From positions 1-50,696 of the forward strand of contig JBDSRR010000140.1 in assembly GCA_039929185.1 (NCBI GenBank): 50,696 bases of DNA, given 5' to 3'. The translations under genes were made by a program, and so were the position numbers. Shown here in pieces: positions 34,841 through 42,900 of the stretch. How positions within the stretch are numbered: the stretch's first letter is position 1; every line of letters starts with the position of its first letter. The stretch is from Actinomycetota bacterium (lineage in GTDB: Bacteria; Actinomycetota; CADDZG01; JAHWKV01). The notes beneath the pieces were generated by a model. The model saw only the letters and a program-made list of their open reading frames with translations, did not search any database and was not told the origin of the DNA.

Positions 34841-36120
34841 CAGGCATCGCGGGCGCAGCGCAAGCCTGCGAATATCTGCCGACGGACCGGGAAGTCCCAA
34901 TTGCGAAAGGTGTTCCGTATGGCAAGCGGATGCGTTGCCCAGGATCCACCTCGAAGGACTTTGTATCCCCGACCGAAGAAAACCTCGGAGTATTCTCGGT
35001 ATGGAAACGAGTTGAACTCCGGATAAGCCTCGAATGGTGACGATGTCCATTCCCAAACATCGCCGATCATTTGATGACATCCCAAGGGACTGACCCCCCC
35101 CGGAAAGCTCCCTACCGCCGTTGGCTTGAACCGTGCTTCGCCAAGGTTTGCAAGATCTGGTGTTGGCTCACCGTTGCCCCAGGGAAAACGCCGCTTGGTT
35201 TTGGTCTTCGGATCCCATGATGCTGCGGTTTCCCACTCCTGCTCCGTCGGGAGTCGCTTGCCCGCCCATCGGGCATAAGCATCGGCTTCGTGCCAGCACA
35301 CATGCTGAACCGGCTCATCCATGGGAAGAGTTTCTTTGCGACCAAAGCGTGTCCTTGACCAAGTTGCACCATCAAGGTCCCAGAATTCAGGGTGTTCAAG
35401 CGATGCCTCCATGCGCCAAGCCCAGCCTTCGTCTGTCCACCATCTTCGGTCGCCATAGCCGCCCTCTGCCATGAATGACAAGTAGCGCTCATTCGTTACC
35501 GGGGCAGTGTCGATGTAAAACGGAGGGAGCGTCACCTGATGACAGGGACGTTCGTTGTCGTAAGCCCACGGCTCGATGTCGGTGCCGACGGTAAACGTTC
35601 CACCATCGACCAGCACTTCTTCGGTGGTTATCGAAACGGGTTTCGGGTCCGATGCGAGCCGGACTGGATATTCACCAGGACGCAGTTGCAATGTTGCCAG
35701 CATGGTCTCGTCGTGCTGATGCTCATGCTGAACCACCATTCCGTAAATGAACCCTTCGTGTAGCAGTGGGTTGGTAGGGTCGAACTCCACGTCTTCGAGG
35801 ATGTCGAAGACCCTGCCGCGAACGTTGCCGATGTATTGCCGTGCTTCGTTAGGGTTCAGCAACGCTAGGCGGGTTCGTTGCCTTCTAGCGTGTTTGAAAG
35901 CATCGTAGATGTCGTCGAGTTCGGGGTTCGAAGCCGGAACCCCTGCCACCATTCGCAGAAGCCAGATCTCTTCATAGTTGCCTACGTGCCCCAAGTCCCA
36001 AACAAGCGGCGACATCAGTTCCGAATGCTGCACGATCTGGTCTTCCTCAGACACGGGGGAAAGCAGCCCCAGGGATCGTTGCCGCACCTCTTCGAGTTGT
36101 CTTGCGATCTGTTCCTTCAT
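34840..36120 (-). CDS. egtB: ergothioneine sulfoxide synthase EgtB (DinB-like plus FGE-sulfatase domains)
   Basis: LMSPLVWDLGHVGNYEEIWLL and HEHQHDETM form the 3-His iron site region. The C-terminal FGE-like domain reads RGGSWATHP. The gene overlaps egtA by 4 nt. Confidence 0.92.
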   Translation of the reverse strand: MKEQIARQLEEVRQRSLGLLSPVSEEDQIVQHSELMSPLVWDLGHVGNYEEIWLLRMVAGVPASNPELDDIYDAFKHARRQRTRLALLNPNEARQYIGNVRGRVFDILEDVEFDPTNPLLHEGFIYGMVVQHEHQHDETMLATLQLRPGEYPVRLASDPKPVSITTEEVLVDGGTFTVGTDIEPWAYDNERPCHQVTLPPFYIDTAPVTNERYLSFMAEGGYGDRRWWTDEGWAWRMEASLEHPEFWDLDGATWSRTRFGRKETLPMDEPVQHVCWHEADAYARWAGKRLPTEQEWETAASWDPKTKTKRRFPWGNGEPTPDLANLGEARFKPTAVGSFPGGVSPLGCHQMIGDVWEWTSSPFEAYPEFNSFPYREYSEVFFGRGYKVLRGGSWATHPLAIRNTFRNWDFPVRRQIFAGLRCARDA

Positions 36121-37334
36121 GGGCCGATCTTTGCGCTCATCAGGTCGATCTGTTCATCCGCAGGCGTCCTTCGCCGTGCTATGAATCGTTCGTAGTAGTC
36201 GCTAATCGCTGACGCGGTTGTTATGTCCACCCGCGACGTTGGCATCGCGTCCATGACGGCGACGAAACATGCATCGGCGGCTTGGGCGAGTGTGGGGTGG
36301 TCTAGCCCCGATGACCAAGCTTCGGTCCAAAGATCCTTGCTTTTTGAGATCAAGTCGGCCGCCTTGTCTAGCGCGTCAGCATCTTGCAGTAGTACGCACG
36401 TAAGTGCCGTGGCAACTCGCCACCAGGGGGCCGGTAGGCTGTCGATCACGCGTATCTCGAGCCATCCCTTGGCACGCACCGGAGGAAACAGGGTGGTCAA
36501 GTGGTAGGCGAAATCGTCTTCGGTCGGGTAGCCAAGTTCGTGTCCCTGTTCGATCCAACGCCGAAAACTGAAGGCAGAAGTAATCGGTACGAAACGGGTC
36601 TCGGTTGCCTTCATGAAAAGCACTTGCGCGGCCAGGGCGAAATTTGTCCAATCAGCGACGTAGCCAGACGCGCCGAGCGCTGGCATGGTTCGGGATGGGT
36701 CGATGGCTGACCAGATCGCCATCCGAGTCGACTTCCAAGGAGTCGGCCTGCCTGCGGCCATCGGTGAGTTCGCGAATGCAGCGATAAGCATGGGGCCGAT
36801 GTTGTGCGCCGTTTCCCAGCGAGTCTGACCATCGCCGCCAAGGTCGATGTTGACTTGAAGCGCGGCAGTGTTTCGCATCATCTGTCTTCCGAACCGATTC
36901 CGAGAGTCGAATCCGCGTTCCATCGCCTCGTAGCGCTGCCCACCAACGACGCGGGGCCTGTCGAGAATGGGATCTATAGCCGTCGAGTGCACTGAGAATC
37001 CACCTTCGCTAAGGCGCTTTAGCAGTTCTCGTTCGTCTTTGGCGGTGGCCATGCACGCGGATGCGGCCCCAGCATGCGGGACCGAACTCACTTCGACTTG
37101 ACCTCCGGGTTCGAAGCTGATGATCGAACCCGCTCCCAATGGCCCCCTTGATGTCGCTGATGTCGCTGCGGTTTTGAGAGCGGGGAAGTCGACGATTTCG
37201 GATGGGTTATGAGACGGGTAAGTGATCAACTCTAGCTCGATCCCCACGCGCTCAGAACCGGTTGATGTGAAACAGTGCTCGCTTACATGACGCAGCGCAG
37301 CATCGGTGTCAAAGCTTCTCTTAAGACCCGGCAT
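36117..37334 (-). CDS. egtA: glutamate-cysteine ligase EgtA (GCS2 family)
   Basis: The product shows GCS2-type carboxylate-amine ligase motifs (RVGIELELI, FEPGGQVE). The gene sits directly upstream of and overlaps egtB. Confidence 0.85.
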   Translation of the reverse strand: MPGLKRSFDTDAALRHVSEHCFTSTGSERVGIELELITYPSHNPSEIVDFPALKTAATSATSRGPLGAGSIISFEPGGQVEVSSVPHAGAASACMATAKDERELLKRLSEGGFSVHSTAIDPILDRPRVVGGQRYEAMERGFDSRNRFGRQMMRNTAALQVNIDLGGDGQTRWETAHNIGPMLIAAFANSPMAAGRPTPWKSTRMAIWSAIDPSRTMPALGASGYVADWTNFALAAQVLFMKATETRFVPITSAFSFRRWIEQGHELGYPTEDDFAYHLTTLFPPVRAKGWLEIRVIDSLPAPWWRVATALTCVLLQDADALDKAADLISKSKDLWTEAWSSGLDHPTLAQAADACFVAVMDAMPTSRVDITTASAISDYYERFIARRRTPADEQIDLMSAKIGP

Positions 37335-37364
37335 CGGTCTAGAAAAGATAACCCAATGTGGAAG

Positions 37365-38162
37365 TTATGGAGTCGCCGCTGCCTCGGATATGTCTTCGAT
37401 CAGGGATGCGAGTAGGCGTTGAACCGCATCAAATCCTTTATTTGCTTTGCCCGTTTCTTCATCGCAGTAAGTGTCGCGCCTGACCTCGATCATGATCGAA
37501 GTCACGCGAGGGTCTTTGTTCCAAAACCTTATAGGGGTGTAGGTGCCTTTGAATGGAATATCAACCAGGACATCGCCCCCAGCGCGTCGAGTCAAGTTTT
37601 CGACCAGGTTTCGAGGGGTGTGGAATCCGTCTGTCCCGAAACATAACGATGGCCGTTGGGCGTCGGGGTGCAATTCCCACCCGAGCGCCACTTTGGGAAA
37701 TGAGTGGCAATCGATGATGGTGCATCGCCCAAAACTATCCAATATGTCTGAAACCGCATTCTCGAAGCCTAAGGCGTAAGGGTCGAAATACTGGATGAGT
37801 ATTTGCTCGCGTTCGTTGTTCGTAAAATTCGCATCGCGAAGGTCGTGTCCTAGTGAGGTTTTGCGATAAACGGCCCCCGCACCGCGCGACGCCATGTATT
37901 CATCCTCGTCCTTGCGGAACCGCTCCGGGTCGAAAACTAGGCGGCTCAGGCCGTTTACGAACATCGCTCCTCCCACGTGCAGGACGTGTTCGTACAGTCG
38001 ATCGGTCAGATGGTCGGTGACGCGCATCTTCTCGACGTGCAAATCATCATCGGCCAGTAGGATCGTGGAGCGAACTTCGGCTGGAATGGCTGTGGCGCTA
38101 TGTGGAACATGGCCGATCACTGGAACCGTTGGCGCCCAGCCCTTTAGCTCGAAAGGGGTCAT
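37365..38162 (-). CDS. N-formylglutamate amidohydrolase (FGase, PF05013-like) family hydrolase
   Basis: The family pattern is visible: IGHVPHSATAIP, SRLVFDPER, YFDPY, IIDCHSF and IMIEVRRD. The gene lies 30 nt upstream of egtA on the same strand. Confidence 0.8.
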   Translation of the reverse strand: MTPFELKGWAPTVPVIGHVPHSATAIPAEVRSTILLADDDLHVEKMRVTDHLTDRLYEHVLHVGGAMFVNGLSRLVFDPERFRKDEDEYMASRGAGAVYRKTSLGHDLRDANFTNNEREQILIQYFDPYALGFENAVSDILDSFGRCTIIDCHSFPKVALGWELHPDAQRPSLCFGTDGFHTPRNLVENLTRRAGGDVLVDIPFKGTYTPIRFWNKDPRVTSIMIEVRRDTYCDEETGKANKGFDAVQRLLASLIEDISEAAATP

Positions 38163-38198
38163 CTCCGAAGTAAACCACGAACGAATAGCATCTATGAA

Positions 38199-39764
38199 GT
38201 GAGCGTTCTGAAACTCGTAGCCGACATTGCTCGTCCTGCAACTTTGAGGGGGCTGCGCAATGCCGGGATGTTCGAAGCGAAGTCACCTTTGGCCGTAGCC
38301 ATCTCGTTGCCATGGGTGATTGGTCGGGGGGTTTCGATAGGACTTCTCAGCCAGATGCATGCGTTCGTCATGGGTGACAAGACGGCACTCGTTGACCGAG
38401 AGGGCGAACTTACCTGGAGGCAGCTTGATCAGCGAACCAATCAGGCTGCACGCGTGTTGGCAGGCAAGGGTCTTATCGGAGGGGACCGCGTGGCGCTGCT
38501 GCTTCGCAATACGCGTCACACGGCAGAGCTGTTTCTAGCCGCGCAAAAAACGGGCCTTGGCGCGTGTCCGCTGAACACCTGGGCGAAACCTATGGAATTA
38601 GAAACGACCATCAACAGAGCCGCGCCGAAACTCATCATCTATGACCCGCGTCATCGCGATCAATTAGATGAGGTGAACCTAGGGGGAGTGCCCACTATCG
38701 ATCTCGACTCATATAACGAGCTTCGAGATCAGCAATCGGTGTCGGCACCGTTCCCTTTCACGAAACGCCGCGGTTCACCTCAGTTCATAATCCATACGTC
38801 TGGCACGAGTGGCAAGCCCAAGGGTGCGGCAAGGAGCGCTGCATCGACCGGGCTGGGTGCGATGGCCGAGCTTTTCAGCGTCGTTCCCTATCGTCGGTCT
38901 GATGTCATTTATTGCCCCGCACCGATGTTTCATTCATTCGGCCTTGCAACTTTTACGTTTTCGACCGTGTTGGGAGCGACTATCGTCTTGTCGGACAGAT
39001 TCGATGCTGAGGACAGTCTTGCTGCCATCGAAAAACATCGCGTGACGGCAGCATCTTTTGTCCCGGTCATGTTGCGACGGATCTTGGCATTGCCTGAGAA
39101 AGTACGTTCGCGATACGACCTTTCGAGTTTACGTATCGTCCTCGTCAGTGGTTCAGCTCTATCCGACGAATTGCGCGCCCAGGCTAATGAGTGTTTCGGC
39201 CCTGTTCTGTACGACTTATATGGATCAACGGAGGTTGGGTGGGTTGCCATCGCGACGCCTGAGGACATCCGAACCCACCCCGGGAGCGTCGGTAAGCCGA
39301 TGCCTGGCTTGAATGTAAGGGTCGTGGGTGGTCGGCTGATGATCAAGACCGGCATCGGATTCGAGGGATATACAACTGGCGAAGTGATGCCCGAGGCTGA
39401 CGGTTATCTAGAGATCGGCGACTCCGGTCACATCGATGATGACGGATACATCTACGTCGAGGGCAGAGCCGATGACATGGTTGTCGTTGGCGGTGAGAAT
39501 GTTTACCCAGCCGAGATCGAAGCGATGATAGAGACCCTCGATGGTGTAGTTGAAGCCGCGGCATTCGGAGTTGTGGATCACGAGTTTGGCCATGTAATGG
39601 CTGCGTGCGTCGAAGGAACCGCGTCGGTCGAACAGATCGACGAATTGTGCAAGCGAGGTTTGGCCTCCTACAAGGTTCCGCGATACATCCATGTGATGGA
39701 GTCGATGCCACGCACAGGTTCAGGCAAAGTCATCAAGGCAGAGTTGCGAGCCCTTATCCCCTGA
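38199..39764 (+). CDS. AMP-dependent acyl-CoA synthetase/ligase (FadD-like)
   Basis: The AMP-binding motif is IIHTSGTSGKPKGA. YGSTE, the GD-x-G region GDSGHIDDDGYIYVEGRADD and the C-terminal SGKVIK are present. The start is GTG 38199 and could be further downstream. Confidence 0.85.
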   Translation: MSVLKLVADIARPATLRGLRNAGMFEAKSPLAVAISLPWVIGRGVSIGLLSQMHAFVMGDKTALVDREGELTWRQLDQRTNQAARVLAGKGLIGGDRVALLLRNTRHTAELFLAAQKTGLGACPLNTWAKPMELETTINRAAPKLIIYDPRHRDQLDEVNLGGVPTIDLDSYNELRDQQSVSAPFPFTKRRGSPQFIIHTSGTSGKPKGAARSAASTGLGAMAELFSVVPYRRSDVIYCPAPMFHSFGLATFTFSTVLGATIVLSDRFDAEDSLAAIEKHRVTAASFVPVMLRRILALPEKVRSRYDLSSLRIVLVSGSALSDELRAQANECFGPVLYDLYGSTEVGWVAIATPEDIRTHPGSVGKPMPGLNVRVVGGRLMIKTGIGFEGYTTGEVMPEADGYLEIGDSGHIDDDGYIYVEGRADDMVVVGGENVYPAEIEAMIETLDGVVEAAAFGVVDHEFGHVMAACVEGTASVEQIDELCKRGLASYKVPRYIHVMESMPRTGSGKVIKAELRALIP

Positions 39765-39941
39765 AGTTTGGTTGACAAGCGCGTCTACGCCTACTCATCG
39801 ACCAAGGTCGCGAATAAATCTTTCGGCAAATCCGACAGAATCCACACAAGCCGGACTTCTTATTCTTGTGGGCGAGCAGGAATGAGCCCCAGTACGTCGA
39901 ATGTATTAGTCATCTAGACCTATTTCTCAGGGGGGCCAACT

Positions 39942-42900
39942 TTGTTTTCAAACGTTTCTACCGCGCGCGCATCTTGGCGTCGAACGGGCTGTATCTCGAT
40001 AGCTTTGCTGTTGTCTGCGTCATTGCTGACTATGGATGGCAGTTCCAACCAAGCCAAGGCTGCATCATCTTCAACCGGATTGACCGTCGCTGACGAGTAC
40101 AGTGCCGATTTTTCATCTTCGACGAGCCGCGGTATCGGGCTTCGCTACATCAACAAGGCAACCGATCTATACGTCGACCTTCGCCTGCATGGATACGAAG
40201 GCAAAGACCCCACCATCAGCGGCAAGAAAGCATCGTTCTCAGCCCCCGGGATGAAAGTGAACTACGAGACCGGCGTCGAATCTGTCAAAGAAACCATCGT
40301 CTTAGAAAAGCGTTCGCCCTCGACACTCAGGTTCAACTTCTCCGCTCCTGGGCTCAAAGCAAGTATGGAAAACGATCAGATCGTCTTCTCACCGCCGGGT
40401 GAGACTTGGATGTTTCGCTTGGGCAAGCTGGAAGCCAAAGATGCGCTCGATATCCCGATCCCAGGAACCATGCAGATCGAAGGCAGCACAGTGGTGATTC
40501 GGCTAGACCAAGCTGCACTTGCCAATGCCACCCTGCCGGTCACGATAGACCCCACCATCGAGGGCGTGCCTTCGGGGGCTACTTCGGGCACTTATGGCAA
40601 GAGATTGTTTCGAACCTCGGATGGTCGCTTCATCTTTTTCTATCGTGAGCTACCCACTTCTGGTCCAAGGCTCGTATATCGCACATCTGCGGACCAAGGC
40701 AAGACATGGACACCGGTCGTTGTCATCGGACCAGCTGGATCTTCAGCGGATCTTTCAGTCGCCTCTTTGCCAGATGACGGCTTCGCCATTTCCTACTCGT
40801 CCGGTACTGTTGATCTTCCCAAGGTGTCGTTTCGCCGCCTTACCCGCTCGGGTACCTCTTGGGATATCGGTGCTGACAGCCAAGTCACCAACGTGGCCGT
40901 GTACTTGTACCCGCTGCCGAGCGTCGTTGCTCTTGACGTTGGTCCTTTAGGCCAGCGCTTCGCCGTGGGGTATGCCCAGTTCAACAAAGTGTTCAACCGA
41001 TTTGAGTATGGCACGAGCTTGTCGCAGGACTCGGGTACGACCTGGCTTCCTGCACCTGCATGTTCTACCCAAACGGGTGCCGGCATGCTGGTCGCCCAAG
41101 GCTCGCGCCTTATCTGCATAACCGCGCATCCCGGTGGCGTTGATGCGCGGATTTACAATGGCACCACCTGGGGTACCCCCGTCGTTGTATTCGACTGCTG
41201 CATCAACGATATCCCGAGCGCCGCGACTACTAAAGATGGACGTTTGCACTTGGTCACGAGCAGGGCCAGCTCGGTGCGCTACTCGAGCCTGGCACCGGGT
41301 GCTTCGACTTGGCAACCCCAAAAGACACTTGGTTCTGGGAAATTGCCGGTCATCACCACCGACGGTACCGCACTGTTCGTACATGCTGAATACAGGTTGT
41401 CTAACAAAGAGTCGCAAATCAATTCCTTCGTCGCCACAGATGGCATCAACTTCAACGCCGGTAAACCCTTGGGGGGCAAGGCGTTCGATTACGTATTGGA
41501 TTACAACGAGAAATTCGATTTCCAAGACCTTGCAGGCGACGCATTGTTCGGTTTGGTTGCAACCGGAACAGTCGTCGGTAACCGCATCGGAAGTTCCTCG
41601 ATCTTTCACCGCTTAGATTCGCCCACTAAGAAGTTGTCATTCGGCTTTACAGCATCGGCTGCAGAGACGGTCACGGGTATCAAATTGTGGGCTACCGCAA
41701 ATGTCGTAAATACCTTAAGGGTCGGGATCCAGTCGGATTCAGGCAGCGCGCCTGGTATGCCAAGTGGTAACTGGCTTCAGGGCACAGGCACAGGAGGACT
41801 TCAGGTGAACTCGTTTACCAATATGACAACAGTTGCATCTCCAATCGACCCGATACCGCTCACGACCGCTTCGCTTCCGGTGACCCAGCTCTACGAGAAT
41901 GTGCGCTATCACCTTGTAGTTGAACCCGACGCCGCACAAAGCACAACCAAATGGGCAGCGATCCAAGCGGTTGGAACTGACGCTGGCTTGCAAACCCATC
42001 AGGACGTACTCGATTACGGGGTTACTTCGACCGCTTGGGTGGTGGCGGCTGCCGAGGTCCCGCGATTCGCTTTATCGGGTCCATCGGCAGAGATCATCGA
42101 ATCTCAGCTCATCGCCTTGGCTACCTCATATGCAGTGCGTGATTACCAAGGCCTTGATTACCAAGGCGTTGGGGAGTCTTTCCTGGCAACGAGCACCGCT
42201 ATCTCCCCAACCAACCTTCGAATGCATCTGACCAAGGTAGGAAACCCCCACACCATCAAGATACGCATGATTGAAGATCAAACCAACACCGAGATATGGT
42301 CAACCGAGTACACTCCGCCTTCTAGCGGTGGATGGGTGTCAGTTCCGATAACTGGGCTTACTCTCACGCCCGGAGCGAGGTACCGCTATACCGTTGAAGC
42401 GCTCACGTACTCCGCAGCCGACCATTGGTTGATGAGTACCTCCGGTGACATGGCCGTTTCTTGGGATGGGATTCTGAGCACAGCTACGCGCTATCTTGAC
42501 CGGCCCGGATTCGCTGACAAGACCGCTCGATCTGCCGACTCGGCCTGGGGCACCCCCGACTTCTGGGCGTTCAACACCGACGACAACGATGCCTTGTATC
42601 TGGGCAACTCAGAGCCATTTGACTTCGCCGTCCTCACCCGTTTGTCCGCCGATGTGGGCGTAAAGCCCGATGCCACCTGGTCCTATTACAACGGCGTGGC
42701 GGATACAGCGCTTGTCATGACCCGAAACGAACTCACCAAGACCTCGGGAGAGGCATCTTTCAACATGCCCGACGACTGGGCGATGTCGACCGTTGACGGC
42801 AAGAACGCCTACTGGGTGAAGGTGAAGGCGGCCTACCCGTCCATAGCATCGATCCTGGTTGACCGGTTGACCTCGATAAGAAACTTGTCAGCCCCCACCG

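Noticed and set aside
35094-35101. A C8/G8 homopolymer lies inside egtB (encoding PGGV). I considered it as a possible phase-variation tract.
   Set aside because: The frame is intact, the motif lies in a conserved region, and there is nothing else to suggest contingency behaviour. It is noted only as a potential sequencing-error hotspot.
39772-39777. I considered the perfect TTGACA hexamer upstream of the giant gene as a -35 box.
   Set aside because: No acceptable TANNNT -10 hexamer lies 16-19 nt downstream (TACTCA and TCATCG are the only candidates), so no promoter is called.
40947-41609. The track lists long antisense or alternate-frame ORFs inside confident genes. Examples are 40947..41609 -, 3471..3995 -, 27754..28404 -, 18536..19006 -, 48800..49354 +, 10571..11098 + and 26103..26660 -.
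   Set aside because: These are typical shadow ORFs of GC-rich coding DNA. Their compositions are Arg/Ala/Pro/Ser-rich with no motifs, and each is fully nested in a gene with strong family signatures on the other strand or frame.
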